A stretch of DNA of 61,030 bases, filler included, from Bacteriovoracaceae bacterium (GCA_018649885.1; 5 parts of 5 records of this genome joined end to end with filler, not necessarily neighbours in it), one strand, 5' to 3'; shown: positions 50,072-61,030, counted from the whole stretch's first letter. Notes: generated from the sequence alone by a model not told the origin. Numbers and translations are program-made.

Positions 50072-51340
50072 CTAGAGGTATATTTGCTTGCTTTTTATGG
50101 CCAGTCCCTCAATGACTGAGTGAAAGTGGCGGTAGTCCTGAATCTTTGAGGCGCCAAGATTCTTAGAGAGCATATCTTTAATAGCAGGCAGTTTGGCCGT
50201 ACCACCCGTTAGGCATACTAATCCTATTTGATTAGGGCTAATTCCGGCCAGTTTGAAGGTTTCGAGCAATGTTCTTTCAATTTGCTCAGTAAGGGATTCA
50301 GACTTTTCTACGAAGTTTGATTTATTGAGAATCTCTTCAATGATGAAGTCACTATGTTTAAATAAAAATGTAGATGCTTCCTCACTTGATAGAGAAATTT
50401 TTGTTCTTTCAATCAGACTGAAAATCTCGTGTCCCAGTAACTCATCGATTAAGATAAAAAGATGGTCCATTTTATGATGGTAATCTTCATTGGTTGACCA
50501 CCTCTGGACCTCCTCCAGAAAATGTCTAATATCCTTGTCGGCCAGGAATTGAATGTGGGCAGGATCACAGAGTTTTTTCAGTAGAGTTCTTGGAAAGAAC
50601 AGCTCATTTTTTCCCATGGGGAGTTTGTAGCGTACATCTGATCCAAAGTGTTTTGATATAAAATGCTCCATGATTTTTCCATCATAGGCATTCCCCGCCA
50701 GAAATATTCCGTGAACTGCTAATACATCACTTTCTGAAAATTCCTGGGGGCCCATTTTCAAAATGGTAAAGTCTGAAGTACCACCGCCAAAGTCACCAAT
50801 TAAAACCAGTTTTTCACTTTCAAGTTGGCCTTGAAATCCATGGGCAGCAGCAACGGGCTCAGGGCAGAAGCTGACATCTTTGAAGCCTGCGAGCTTTGCT
50901 GCTGCTTCCAGCCTTGTCTGGGCCAGCATATCTTCTTTTTTATCCATTGAAAAAAGTGCGGGTCTACCTAAAACTACAGACTCGATAGAATATTGACTCT
51001 GGGTCTCGGCCCTATTTTTCATTTCTCTAAGAAAAATGGCGACTAGCTCTTCAACTTTATACATACGACCGGCAATTTTAGTTCCATTAAAACCGGGATC
51101 AGGAAGAAATTTTTTGATTGAACGTATAAGTCGCCCCTCACCATCGTGCTCAATATATTGATGGTAAGCTTCAGCGCCCAAAAACCATTTCTCTGAAGAA
51201 GGGGAGTAAAATACTGTTTTCATAAGTGTTGGATCAATAGAGTTGGGATCCAGTGATAAGACCTCACTGCCATCATTGGTGACCAGAGACATCAGTGAAT
51301 TTGAGGTGCCAAAATCGATAGCACAAGTAGCTTTTTTCAT
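50072..51340 (-). CDS. Hsp70-family protein (YegD-like)
   Basis: AIDFGTSNS, GRLIRSIK, VVLGRP..F, EPVAAA, DFGGGTSDF, LTGGT. Confidence 0.9.
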   Translation of the reverse strand: MKKATCAIDFGTSNSLMSLVTNDGSEVLSLDPNSIDPTLMKTVFYSPSSEKWFLGAEAYHQYIEHDGEGRLIRSIKKFLPDPGFNGTKIAGRMYKVEELVAIFLREMKNRAETQSQYSIESVVLGRPALFSMDKKEDMLAQTRLEAAAKLAGFKDVSFCPEPVAAAHGFQGQLESEKLVLIGDFGGGTSDFTILKMGPQEFSESDVLAVHGIFLAGNAYDGKIMEHFISKHFGSDVRYKLPMGKNELFFPRTLLKKLCDPAHIQFLADKDIRHFLEEVQRWSTNEDYHHKMDHLFILIDELLGHEIFSLIERTKISLSSEEASTFLFKHSDFIIEEILNKSNFVEKSESLTEQIERTLLETFKLAGISPNQIGLVCLTGGTAKLPAIKDMLSKNLGASKIQDYRHFHSVIEGLAIKSKQIYL

Positions 51341-51420
51341 AAATATATTCTTGAGTGGAAACTAGTATGGTGATTTTCTAAAATTTTCGAATTATTGTAA
51401 AGGAAAAACTCTTGTCCCCA

Positions 51421-52128
51421 TTATTTTGCTAGATCAAAGATAGTTAGCTCACTCTTTCCAAACCTTACATTTTGATTACCTATAGCTTGCTCTGGTAGCT
51501 CAATTTTTATTTCCAATCTTTCAAGCTCCGATTTTAACTCTTCGTCTACTACATCAGTGAAGACACTATAAGTTTGAGTATCTTTTGTTTTAGTATTGAT
51601 TGTTTCAACCACTCCAAATACCAGCGGTATTCTCATATCAATTGTTTTCTCAACATCACCACTAATGTACTTTATGATGTGATTGGAAACCTTTGAAAAT
51701 CTGCCATCGATATCTTTCGCTGCAGTTTCATAAACGTACTCAAAATAATTTAATTTACCACTTTGAAGTTGCTGTACCTCTTTTAATAGTGCCCCTTCTT
51801 CAAAAGGTGCCTCTTTAAAACATATTTCTGAAAGGGAATCATCAATCTCATTTTTTGTGGCCTTATAAACATAGATATGTGAACTGTTCTCTGTGACTTT
51901 TATAATTTGAAATAACTCAGTTTTTATATAAGGACAGTTCTCTTCAGTTGTAGTTTGAAATGAAGAGTTAGAAATTTTCTGATATTTTTGACCTTCTTGA
52001 TACCCAAGTAACTTACTTTTATGGGCCTTAAACATCCTTTTTACCTGAGCAAACCTGATTGGTTTACTTGCCATTAGCTGCAGTGGAATGATGAGTGCAA
52101 TTGGTAGCAGTACCGCTTTCAAGTTCAA
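51421..52128 (-). CDS. Secreted hypothetical protein
   Basis: GGGAG RBS, TTG start, signal peptide. Confidence 0.7.
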   Translation of the reverse strand: MNLKAVLLPIALIIPLQLMASKPIRFAQVKRMFKAHKSKLLGYQEGQKYQKISNSSFQTTTEENCPYIKTELFQIIKVTENSSHIYVYKATKNEIDDSLSEICFKEAPFEEGALLKEVQQLQSGKLNYFEYVYETAAKDIDGRFSKVSNHIIKYISGDVEKTIDMRIPLVFGVVETINTKTKDTQTYSVFTDVVDEELKSELERLEIKIELPEQAIGNQNVRFGKSELTIFDLAK

Positions 52129-52303
52129 GATAGATCTCCCAAAGTAATTGATTTAACAAATGATAGGTAAAGATAGGGGCTGGGTGAAGGTCTTTGTAAA
52201 ATGACCATTAGGTGTCTATTTTTTTTTCATATTTTTTAAAACACTACGAGTTGTGTCTTGAGCCAGTCTAGGAAAGGATTTAGAATATTTGGTAGGAGCA
52301 AAA

Positions 52304-53371
52304 ATGTTTAAATTTTATACATTTTTATTTTGTTTTTTATTCTTTGCAAAAGCTAGCGCAGACTCAAATTGTGAATTATTTACTAAATCTCAAAATATTC
52401 AAGAAATTTTCAATTTGATTAGTCTTTCAAAGTCTTCAGGTGTGGCACCTCTTGGCTTCAAAGTTCATACACAGAAACTTGTTTTTTTTGACCAAAAAAA
52501 CTATCCCCTGTGTTTTGTCTTATATCACCAGGATAAATTGCATACATTTCCATTAAAGAAAATTGCGGAGATCGAAAATGGAATCTATAACTTTAGAGAT
52601 AAGGACAATCTTCTATCACCTACTGATGAAAAGCAGGTATCCCTACCACTAAGAAAATTGGGAATTGAAAAGTTTTTAATTTACAATTTCGACTCTAACG
52701 GAATAGATTCTTTTTCAGGTGAAGAGTCCACCACTAGGTATCATTTTTCTTTTATCATCCATGAAGGTTATCACTTATTAAAACAAAGAGGTGTTGTTTT
52801 AAATAATTGGGATTTTGACCAACCTTATTTTGATTGGAGTTATAGTCAGGGTAGAGAGTTTGTCTCTTCAAATTGTTACACCTTTAATGAAAAAGTGCAG
52901 CGCTCTTTTCAAAGCGAACAGAAGGCTTTGGTAGAAGGCTACCGCTCCATCGTAATAGGGGGCAACAAGAACGGAGCATTCGCAAGTTTAAAAAAGTTTA
53001 TAAAAATCAGATCTGATAGGTACAATACTTTAGCTCCAGTTAAGTTGACCCATCCTAGTTGGAAGTCTGCAGGTAATTGTCAGGGGGCGGAAGCTTACCT
53101 TGAACACCTTGAGGGTGGAGCTGAGTATGTTGAAATTTCTTATTTACTGAAGCTTGGACTGATTAAACCAGCTGATATTATTTCCAGTCATTATCTTTCG
53201 CATTACTCTACTAAGAGTGCCTACTACGTGACTGGAATGCTACAACTACTTTTGGCTCCCTACTTAATTTCAGATTTCGGTGCATTAGAGAGGGCGATGA
53301 TGAAACCAAATGAAAATCAGGATCAATTGCCATACAAGTTGCTACTTAGATACTTCAATAATCTTATTTAA
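52304..53371 (+). CDS. Secreted putative zinc metallopeptidase
   Basis: Signal peptide, IIHEGYH and downstream EHLEGGAEY (gluzincin-like). Confidence 0.7.
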   Translation: MFKFYTFLFCFLFFAKASADSNCELFTKSQNIQEIFNLISLSKSSGVAPLGFKVHTQKLVFFDQKNYPLCFVLYHQDKLHTFPLKKIAEIENGIYNFRDKDNLLSPTDEKQVSLPLRKLGIEKFLIYNFDSNGIDSFSGEESTTRYHFSFIIHEGYHLLKQRGVVLNNWDFDQPYFDWSYSQGREFVSSNCYTFNEKVQRSFQSEQKALVEGYRSIVIGGNKNGAFASLKKFIKIRSDRYNTLAPVKLTHPSWKSAGNCQGAEAYLEHLEGGAEYVEISYLLKLGLIKPADIISSHYLSHYSTKSAYYVTGMLQLLLAPYLISDFGALERAMMKPNENQDQLPYKLLLRYFNNLI

Positions 53372-54218
53372 TAGTTAGAGGCAACTTCAAATAGATCATT
53401 CCATTATCTTCAGCATCAGGTAGTTTTCCTGCCACCATATTAACTTGTATGCATGGAAAGAGAAGTCTGGGGTAATCAAGCCCTCCATCTTTTTTTTCTC
53501 TATCTTCTATGAATTGATCTTTCGATTTACCAGCTGGCATCATGGTATTATCTTTTTTTGATTCCCCAATAGTTGAGAGGCATTTGTAGTCACGTCCACC
53601 TGGTCCATAGTCATGTCCCACATATATTTTTGTGTCATCACGGTACTTATAAAGCTCAGTAATTGAGTCGTACAACTGCTCTGCGCTTCCGTTGGGGAAA
53701 TCACATCTACCCGTGCCTTGATCTGGCATAAATAGAGTGTCTCCAGTGAAAAGATCGCCGCCAATGAGATAGCTGACGCATGCAGGTGTGTGTCCTGGAG
53801 TATGGATGGCCTTAACCGTTACGGATCCGGCTTCTAGAGTTTGGCCATCTTTTACTAAAATATCAAACTGACTGTCCTTCTCACAATCTAATTTTAAATT
53901 GTAGAGTCCAGTAAAAATATCTTGAACTCCTGTCACTTGGTCACTGATACATATAGATGCCGATGGATACTTAGTCTTCAGGTAACCTGCAGCAGTGAAG
54001 TGATCAGCATGAATATGAGTTTCGAGCAGAAGGTGAACTCGAAGATTTTTCTCATCAATAAATTTAGCCAGTTTATCTGCTGATTCATAGGAAAGAGTGG
54101 AGCGGTTGATTTGGTAATCTGAAACTGGGTCAATGATTACACAATCTAAAGACTTTTCATCGTAAACTATGTAGGTGTAGGTAAAAGTGTATCCATCAAA
54201 AAAACTTTCAACTTTCAA
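53364..54218 (-). CDS. MBL-fold persulfide dioxygenase-like protein (Blh/ETHE1 type)
   Basis: ETHIHADH, TPGHTPAC, GDTLFMPD.GT.RCDFP.GSA, HDY. Confidence 0.88.
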   Translation of the reverse strand: MKVESFFDGYTFTYTYIVYDEKSLDCVIIDPVSDYQINRSTLSYESADKLAKFIDEKNLRVHLLLETHIHADHFTAAGYLKTKYPSASICISDQVTGVQDIFTGLYNLKLDCEKDSQFDILVKDGQTLEAGSVTVKAIHTPGHTPACVSYLIGGDLFTGDTLFMPDQGTGRCDFPNGSAEQLYDSITELYKYRDDTKIYVGHDYGPGGRDYKCLSTIGESKKDNTMMPAGKSKDQFIEDREKKDGGLDYPRLLFPCIQVNMVAGKLPDAEDNGMIYLKLPLTIK

Positions 54219-54243
54219 AACATAATCCTTTTATTTTTAACTG

Positions 54244-54906
54244 TTAGGCCCAATCAACAACTTGTTTTATACAGGCTTCAATTCCGCAAAAAATCTTATC
54301 TCTTTTGGCTCCATCAAACATATAAGCTGGTGTAGTCGCAATGAGATTTTCTTCATCAACGCAAATTTCATCCACTTGCTTAGACACTAGTGTGGCTCCT
54401 GTCTTTTCAATTTCTGCCATAGTTTCAGGATCATCTCCCACTGTTAATTGGGGACTTCCTTTTCCATCAAGAGACATGGCAATTAGTGCAGGGGCAATAC
54501 AAATTCCAGCGATCGGTTTTTTAGAGTCGTGGAAATCATTAATGGTTTTCTTTACAAGAGATTGAACAACGCCGGCGCTTCCTTTGAAAGCAAAGTCGCA
54601 TAAGTTTTTGGCCACGCCAAATCCACCTGGTATAACAAGCCCATCAAACTCTTCAAGGTTTAGTTCGCTTAGGTTTTGAATTTGCCCTCTGGTTATTCTT
54701 GCAGCTTCTTGTAGTGTATTTCTTGTTTGTCTTTCTACAGGAGTTGATGAGCTGTGATCAACCACATGAAACTGTTCTTCATTTGGTGCAAAGCTTTTTA
54801 CATTCACTCCACATCTATCAAGCGCTAGATACGATAAAACTGCTTCAGTTATTTCAGCCCCATCAAGGTAGCCACAACCGGATAATAAAACTGCAATTGT
54901 TTTCAT
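54244..54906 (-). CDS. elbB: ElbB/ES1 family glyoxalase (DJ-1/PfpI superfamily)
   Basis: LSGCG..DG.EI.E, EAARI.RG, PGGFG.AKNL, CIAP, TPAYM. Confidence 0.93.
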   Translation of the reverse strand: MKTIAVLLSGCGYLDGAEITEAVLSYLALDRCGVNVKSFAPNEEQFHVVDHSSSTPVERQTRNTLQEAARITRGQIQNLSELNLEEFDGLVIPGGFGVAKNLCDFAFKGSAGVVQSLVKKTINDFHDSKKPIAGICIAPALIAMSLDGKGSPQLTVGDDPETMAEIEKTGATLVSKQVDEICVDEENLIATTPAYMFDGAKRDKIFCGIEACIKQVVDWA

Positions 54907-55202
54907 CTTTTTCTCTCCCGTTAAAAGTGAAGCCCATTCTAGAAGAAGATCAGATGGTTGGTGAAGATCCTTCGCACCTTAAAAGCTTACTTTAAGCATT
55001 AAAATTGGTATTTTAGGTTTTTATTTTTGAATTTATTCCTATGATTACAATAGATTACCCATGGATATTTACTATAAGTGAACTATACGTGCTCTAATAA
55101 TTTATTTTTAGTTTATTTAAAAAGGGGGGGCCGCTAAAACCAATATTAACAACAAGCACTGGTAGGCAAACGGCCACTGCAAGTACCACACAGGAGAGAG
55201 AG

Positions 55203-55610
55203 ATGAAATTAGCAGCACTTATTTTAGGATCATTATTAACAACCACTGCCTTTGCAGGACCAGTATTAACTTTGGGGACTACTTCCCTTCTCGATAGTAA
55301 AGATGTTGATACACTTAAGCTTGGGCCATGTCTTCCAGGGAAGCATAACAAGAAAGTTGTCGCTTTTAAGTTAAAGGTTTTCAGTAAGGGTGCAGAAGTA
55401 GACTCAGTTAAGTTGACCTTCTTTGGCGGTGGAAAGCAAAAATTAAAAATGCGTGAGTTCTTCGCACCTGGCACATCATCAAGATGGATTAACTTAAAAG
55501 GCGGCGCCAGATGTATTAGAAAGATTGTTATTAAAGGAGACTCTGAGACTCTCATCAACTCGAATCTTCCAATGTTTCAATCAAAAATAAAGTTTTTAGG
55601 TCTCAAATAG
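55203..55610 (+). CDS. Secreted DUF2541-like protein
   Basis: Signal peptide ending AFA; G.SSRWINL.GG.RCI.KI. Confidence 0.7.
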   Translation: MKLAALILGSLLTTTAFAGPVLTLGTTSLLDSKDVDTLKLGPCLPGKHNKKVVAFKLKVFSKGAEVDSVKLTFFGGGKQKLKMREFFAPGTSSRWINLKGGARCIRKIVIKGDSETLINSNLPMFQSKIKFLGLK

Positions 55611-55661
55611 CAGCAGGCCGAAAGCCTAACTACTCTTCCTTATAGTTGATATAGCGAAACT

Positions 55662-55695
55662 TTAAAAGGTCCACCAAGGTTGGTGGGCCTTTTAA
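55662..55695. terminator. Rho-independent terminator
   Basis: ttaaaaggtccacca-aggt-tggtgggccttttaa. Confidence 0.75.
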
Positions 55696-55852
55696 CTATT
55701 TAAAATCATAAATGTTTCACCACTCAGAAAACAGATATAGTTCACGAGTTAGGTTTTAGTGTTGCTGAAATACGCAGTGCGTTGTAGTTTCTTTTCATGT
55801 CTTTCTCCCCCCCATTTGCTAAGACCATTGATGGGAATTTAAAAGCCTGTCG

Positions 55853-55887
55853 AAAAAAAAGGGCCACTACAAATGGCCCTTTTTTTT
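55853..55887. terminator. Bidirectional terminator after icd
   Basis: A8-gggcca-ctacaaa-tggccc-T8. Confidence 0.8.
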
Positions 55888-55908
55888 ATTTAAATTTAAC
55901 CTAAAATT

Positions 55909-57135
55909 TTATCCAATTTTTTCTTTGAGCCCTTCATCGAGAGCTGCAAGGAAGTCTTCAGTACAAAGATAGTGCTCTTCGCTAAGATTTTTTCCATGAA
56001 TACATAAGGCCAAATCTTTTGTCATTCTTCCAGCTTCAATTGTTTGAACACAAACCTCTTCAAGGGTTTTGCAGAAGTCGATCAATTTTTGATTATTATC
56101 TAGCTTCCCTCTGTGGGCAAGTCCTCTTGTCCAAGCAAAAATTGAGGCCACAGGATTTGTAGAAGTTTTATTTCCCTGTTGGTGCTGTCTGAAGTGTCTT
56201 GTAACAGTTCCGTGGGCCGCTTCAGCTTCCATTGTTTTACCATCTGGTGTGATGAGAACTGAGGTCATAAGGCCTAGGGATCCGTATCCTTGGGCCACAG
56301 TATCGGATTGAACATCGCCATCATAATTTTTACAGGCCCAAACAAATCCACCCTCAGATTTAAGTGCATAGGCAACCATGTCATCAATCAGTCTGTGCTC
56401 ATACCAAATTTTCATAGACTCAAATTTTTTCTGAAATTCTGCTTCGTATACCTCTTGAAAGATATCTTTAAAGAATCCGTCATAGGCCTTTAAAATAGTA
56501 TTTTTTGTAGAGAGGTATACAGGCCAGCCTTTCATTAAACCGTAGTTCAAACAAGAGCGAGCAAACCCTCTAACACTTTCTTCAGTGTTGTACATCGACA
56601 TTGCTACGCCATTACCCTCAAATTCAAATACATTGAAGCTCTGAGTTTCACCACCATCTTTAGGAGTAAAGGTCATTGTCAAAGTTCCAGGGCCTTTAGT
56701 TTTTATGTCAGTAGCTTTGTACTGATCACCGAAAGCATGTCTTCCAATAACCATTGGTTTTTTCCAACCGGGGACTAATTTGGGGACATTTTTTGTGACA
56801 ATAGGCTCTCTGAAAACAGTGCCATCTAAGATATTTCTAATGGTGCCATTAGGGGAGCGCCACATTTTTTTAAGTTTGAATTCTTCCACACGATCTTCGT
56901 CGGGAGTAATTGTGGCACACTTGATTCCCACATTGTGTTCCTGGATGGCATGAGCCGCATCGATAGTGATTTGGTCATCAGTTTCATCTCTTTTTTCCAT
57001 TCCTAAATCAAAGTATTTGATATCGATATCTAGGTAGGGGAGGATGAGTTTTTCTTTAATGAATGCCCAAATAATTCTGGTCATTTCATCACCGTCTAAT
57101 TCGACGACTGGGTTGTCTACCTTGATCTTTTCCAT
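55909..57135 (-). CDS. icd: NADP-dependent isocitrate dehydrogenase
   Basis: [53 protein letters not shown] before ATG 57135. Confidence 0.97.
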   Translation of the reverse strand: MEKIKVDNPVVELDGDEMTRIIWAFIKEKLILPYLDIDIKYFDLGMEKRDETDDQITIDAAHAIQEHNVGIKCATITPDEDRVEEFKLKKMWRSPNGTIRNILDGTVFREPIVTKNVPKLVPGWKKPMVIGRHAFGDQYKATDIKTKGPGTLTMTFTPKDGGETQSFNVFEFEGNGVAMSMYNTEESVRGFARSCLNYGLMKGWPVYLSTKNTILKAYDGFFKDIFQEVYEAEFQKKFESMKIWYEHRLIDDMVAYALKSEGGFVWACKNYDGDVQSDTVAQGYGSLGLMTSVLITPDGKTMEAEAAHGTVTRHFRQHQQGNKTSTNPVASIFAWTRGLAHRGKLDNNQKLIDFCKTLEEVCVQTIEAGRMTKDLALCIHGKNLSEEHYLCTEDFLAALDEGLKEKIG

Positions 57136-57402
57136 TATTCCTCCACGGGCGATTATTTTGGTAATTATTGATTTTTTGAGTGTACGCATTTTCGTTGATT
57201 TACCCCATATAGTCAAAAAAACTTGAAAGTGTAGCGCAGCAATCATTTGCCAGACATTGGAGGCGAAATTTCCCACAAAATTTATTGAAAATGGTGCCAT
57301 TCAAGGCGTTAGCTCCCAGCTAGTGGGCCTCTTTTAAAACCCTATATAATGAGTAGGTTAAAGTATTTTTGTATGGGTCGTACTCAGGGGAACGTTTAGG
57401 CG

Positions 57403-60400
57403 ATGACCATAAACATGAAAAACTCCATTTTTAATGCAGGAACGCTGATTACTCAATTAGTGGTCTTCGCCTTGTTGGGTTCATGTAACTTTAACGCAAA
57501 GTTTGCAAAAAATGACGATGGCAAAGGGTTGTGTGCCCTTTTTCCAGACGCTACTAGTTGTGGCGGTGGCACAGTAAAAGCGCCAGAAACAGATGCTGAG
57601 ATTTTAGCAGCAGCTTCATATATTAGAATTGAGGCCAGTGTTGGTGGAACAAGTGCATTCACAACCCACACCATGACAGCAGATGACACGCTGACACTTC
57701 ATGCAGCGGCCTATGATGGATCAAATGTTTTCCTTGGAAATATCTCAGTCAACTGGACTATCCAAAATGCCAAAGGTCTCATTACGGCCGGTCCAAGTAG
57801 TTCTACTATTTTTACAGCAAATGTAACTGGTACAGAAATAGTGGATCTTAGTATCAATGCATTTACCGATAGTACTGGAGATATAACCGTTAACCCTGGT
57901 GTCCAAGCAAGCGTTAAAGTCAATGATGCTGCTGGATCTGGTGGGGTTGAACTGGATACAAATACACTGACTACAGACCAAACTGATTTGCTCTACGCCT
58001 CATCATATGACAGTGACGGAAACTGGATTGCCGATGTCGCTGCAGATTGGATCTTTGTTAATGATAAAGGCTCTTTCAACGCAGCTGTAAACTCTGTTTC
58101 AGCTGCTACAAGTGTCACCTTTAATGCCGATGCTACAACTTCTGCAGCAGACCACGCTGTGGTCAGGGCCACTTTCGGTGGAGATACAGATGACACGGGA
58201 ACGACAGTAGCAGGTATTGAAATTAATTTGGGCGGGCAAGCTTATATTAAAGTAAACGATGCTGCAGGTTCTGGTGGAGTTGAACTTAACACCAACACAC
58301 TGACTGCAGACCAAACTGATCTACTCTATGCTTCATCATATGACGCCGATGGAAACTGGATTGCCGATGTGGCAGCCGACTGGAGTTTTGTAAACGATAA
58401 AGGCTCATTCAATGCTAGTGTGAATACTGTGGCAGGTGCAACAAGTGTCACCTTTAATGCCGATATCACAGCGGGAGCTGCAGATCACGCCGTTATCAGG
58501 GCCACCTTTGGTGGGGATACGGATGACACGGGAACCACTGTGGCCGGGATTGAAATTAATGTGGGAGCACAGGCTTCCATAAAAGTAAACGACGCTGCAG
58601 GCTCTGGTGGAAGTGAGCTCAACACAAACACGCTGACTGCAGATCAAACTGATCTTCTCTACTCTTCATCATATGACGCCGACGGAAACTGGATTGCCAA
58701 TGTGGCAGCTGATTGGACTTTTGTTAATGATAAAGGCTCGTTCAATGCCTCCGTTAATTCTGTTTCAGCTGCAAGTAGTGTTACCTTTAATGCTGATATC
58801 GCTACATCGGCTGCAGACCATGCAGTTATCAGGGCCACATTTGGTGGAGACACTGATGATACAGGAACGACAGTAGCAGGTATTGAAATCAATACTGGTG
58901 CTCAGGCCTCTATTAAGATTAACGATGCCGCCGGTTCTGGTGGGAGTGAGCTTAATACTAATACTATGACTACGGATCAAACAGATCTGCTCTACGCCTC
59001 ATCATATGATGGTGACGGAAACTGGATTGCCGATGTGGCAGCAGACTGGATCTTTGTTAATGACAAGGGATCATTCAATGCCTCTGTCAACTCTGTATCA
59101 GCTGCAACTAGTGTTACTTTCAATGCAGATGTTACAGCAGCAGCCGCAGATCACGCTGTCATCAGGGCCACTTTCGGTGGAGACACAGATGACACCGGAA
59201 CCACTGTAGCTGGAATAGAAATTACGGTAGGAGCTCAAGCTGCTATTAAAATTAACGACGCTGCAGGATCTGGTGGAAGTGAGCTCAACACAAATACTTT
59301 GACCACAGATCAAACAGATCTTTTATATTCTTCGTCATACGACGCCGATGGAAACTGGATTGCCAATGTGGCTGCTGACTGGAGTTTTGTAAACGACAAA
59401 GGTTCATTCAACGCTAGTGTCAATACTGTGGCGGGAGCAAGCAGTGTCACTTTCAATGCCGATGTCACTGCTGGAGCTGCAGATCATTGCGTGATCAGGG
59501 CCACTTTTGGTGGAGACACGGATGATACGGGAACCACTGTCGCTGGAATAGAAATTACGGTAGGAGCTCAAGCTGCCATTAAAATTAACGACGCTGCAGG
59601 CTCTGGTGGAAGTGAGCTCGACACCAATACATTAAATGCAGACCAAACAGATCTTTTATACTCATCATCATACGACGCCGATGGAAACTGGATTGCCAAT
59701 GTAGCAGCGGACTGGATTTTTGTTAACGATAAAGGTTCATTTAATGCTTCTGTCAACTCTGTTTCAGCAGCAAGTAGTGTCACCTTTAATGCCGATGTCA
59801 CAACTTCAGCTGCAGATCACGCCGTGATTCAAGCAAGTTTTGGTGGAGATAACGATGACACAGGTACTGTCAATGCAGGGATCGAAATTACTGTAGGTGC
59901 TCAGGCCAGTGTCAGAATAAATGATGCTTCAGGATCTGGTGGAGCAGCTAAAGAAACAAATACCATGACTGCGGATGATAATATCACTCTTCACGGGGCT
60001 GCTTACGACGGTGACGGAAACTTTATCAGTAACCCCAGTGGAACCTGGACCTTTACCAATGATAAAGGCTCTTTTAAATCGGGTTCAGATGATAATAGTG
60101 AACCTGGTGCTTCTGTCGTTTTCTACGCCAATCAACTTACTAGTGGTGGTGACCACGCAGTCATTCATTACTCCTATGGTGGTGATACTGACGATACTGG
60201 TGCTATAGGAGCAGGATTCGAAATTACTGCCGGTGCCATTACCGCTGTGAAAATCGAAGATAAAAATGATGGAACAGGTGCTGAAATAACAACTGATTTC
60301 ATTATGCCTCAAGGCACTTATACACTTCATGCTGTTGGCTATGATGCTGATTCAAATTTTGTTAGCTCACCTAGTGTTACGTGGGCACTCGCAAGTGCTA

Positions 60401-61030
60401 TGGGTGTATTCGACTCAAATCCATCTGGCACTGTTGTATTTACTGCTAATAATGCTGTAGGTACGGAAACATTTGATATAGATGATGGATCAGCTCATAC
60501 TGATACCACTGGTGTATTTAATATTGGAACCGAAAAAACTGATGCCAACGCCATGGTAGGAACTCTCGATATATGTGCCGGTGAATTTCATGCATGTGCT
60601 GTTCAAAGTGATAATAAGGTTAAGTGTTGGGGATCAAATGGAGATGAGTCTGCTAATATATACGGACAGCTTGGACACAATAATCAAAGTGCCATTGCTG
60701 AGCTAGTTCCAGTAACCGTTCAATCCAGTGGAGCCGATCTTACTAATGCAGAGCAAGTAGTATGCGGTAAATATTTTACATGTGCTCTGATAACAGGTGG
60801 ACAAGTCAAATGTTGGGGTACTAACAATTACGGTCAACTGGCTGATGGTACTGGAACAACTAGATGGGAAGCTGTCAATGTTCTAACTATGGCCGCAACT
60901 AATCTTACAACAGCTCTGGAGATAACTGCCGGCGCAGAACATGCTTGTGCAAGAGTCGATGAGGGTGGCAGTAAAAAAGTTCGATGTTGGGGCCGAGGTA
61001 CTTCAGGTAGACTTGGCGACGGAGACACAG
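57403..61030 (+). CDS. Giant surface lipoprotein with 111-aa tandem repeats followed by RCC1-like repeats, partial (runs off the window)
   Basis: Open frame from ATG 57403/57415 with lipobox LLGSC and no stop seen; AGEFHACAV...VKCWGSN...GQLG and CGKYFTCAL...VKCWG.N.YGQL after ~60570; absent from the ORF track because it has no stop. Confidence 0.9.
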   Translation, partial: MTINMKNSIFNAGTLITQLVVFALLGSCNFNAKFAKNDDGKGLCALFPDATSCGGGTVKAPETDAEILAAASYIRIEASVGGTSAFTTHTMTADDTLTLHAAAYDGSNVFLGNISVNWTIQNAKGLITAGPSSSTIFTANVTGTEIVDLSINAFTDSTGDITVNPGVQASVKVNDAAGSGGVELDTNTLTTDQTDLLYASSYDSDGNWIADVAADWIFVNDKGSFNAAVNSVSAATSVTFNADATTSAADHAVVRATFGGDTDDTGTTVAGIEINLGGQAYIKVNDAAGSGGVELNTNTLTADQTDLLYASSYDADGNWIADVAADWSFVNDKGSFNASVNTVAGATSVTFNADITAGAADHAVIRATFGGDTDDTGTTVAGIEINVGAQASIKVNDAAGSGGSELNTNTLTADQTDLLYSSSYDADGNWIANVAADWTFVNDKGSFNASVNSVSAASSVTFNADIATSAADHAVIRATFGGDTDDTGTTVAGIEINTGAQASIKINDAAGSGGSELNTNTMTTDQTDLLYASSYDGDGNWIADVAADWIFVNDKGSFNASVNSVSAATSVTFNADVTAAAADHAVIRATFGGDTDDTGTTVAGIEITVGAQAAIKINDAAGSGGSELNTNTLTTDQTDLLYSSSYDADGNWIANVAADWSFVNDKGSFNASVNTVAGASSVTFNADVTAGAADHCVIRATFGGDTDDTGTTVAGIEITVGAQAAIKINDAAGSGGSELDTNTLNADQTDLLYSSSYDADGNWIANVAADWIFVNDKGSFNASVNSVSAASSVTFNADVTTSAADHAVIQASFGGDNDDTGTVNAGIEITVGAQASVRINDASGSGGAAKETNTMTADDNITLHGAAYDGDGNFISNPSGTWTFTNDKGSFKSGSDDNSEPGASVVFYANQLTSGGDHAVIHYSYGGDTDDTGAIGAGFEITAGAITAVKIEDKNDGTGAEITTDFIMPQGTYTLHAVGYDADSNFVSSPSVTWALASAMGVFDSNPSGTVVFTANNAVGTETFDIDDGSAHTDTTGVFNIGTEKTDANAMVGTLDICAGEFHACAVQSDNKVKCWGSNGDESANIYGQLGHNNQSAIAELVPVTVQSSGADLTNAEQVVCGKYFTCALITGGQVKCWGTNNYGQLADGTGTTRWEAVNVLTMAATNLTTALEITAGAEHACARVDEGGSKKVRCWGRGTSGRLGDGDT
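57922..60250 (+). repeat. 333-bp coding tandem repeat, 6 conserved copies plus 1 diverged copy
   Basis: NDA(A/S)GSGG starts at 57922, 58255, 58588, 58921, 59254, 59587 and 59920. Confidence 0.93.

Noticed and set aside
55909..57135. Eukaryote-like IDH as a horizontal transfer
   Set aside because: This NADP-IDH subfamily is widespread in bacteria
57453..61028. Many periodic short ORFs on both strands
   Set aside because: Shadows of the 333-bp repeats in the single long + strand gene

Overview
The window is five contigs joined by artificial N-TTAATTAATTAA-N spacers (4212-4311, 13215-13314, 27964-28063, 49825-49924), so neighbourhoods across spacers mean nothing. Contig 1 (1-4211) holds an intact aldehyde dehydrogenase among decayed genes (hydratase, PhyH dioxygenase, transposase) and may come from a different organism. 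Contigs 2-5 look like one AT-rich, probably Bdellovibrionota-like genome (inference from gene types). They carry many secreted orphan proteins and lipoproteins, c-di-GMP proteins, tpx/ohrR/yajQ, pdxH, icd, elbB and a yegD-like Hsp70. Highlights: (1) an island bounded by a tRNA 3' fragment, with RES, HicAB and XRE-MNT/HEPN modules in which all three toxin-type genes are frameshifted; (2) two independent intragenic insertions of one IS21-like element, plus an IS4 end; (3) a complete reductive pyrimidine catabolism operon whose dehydrogenase resembles plant PYD1 and has no PreT in the operon; (4) a non-coding ~185-bp tandem repeat array upstream of a paralogue of an HNH gene; (5) a TPR-wHTH regulator followed by a secreted GDGDTGGGG-repeat protein split at a C10 tract; (6) a secreted polycationic protein with amphipathic repeats; (7) a >1200-aa repeat/RCC1 lipoprotein missing from the ORF track. 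All family calls come from motif recognition, not database searches.
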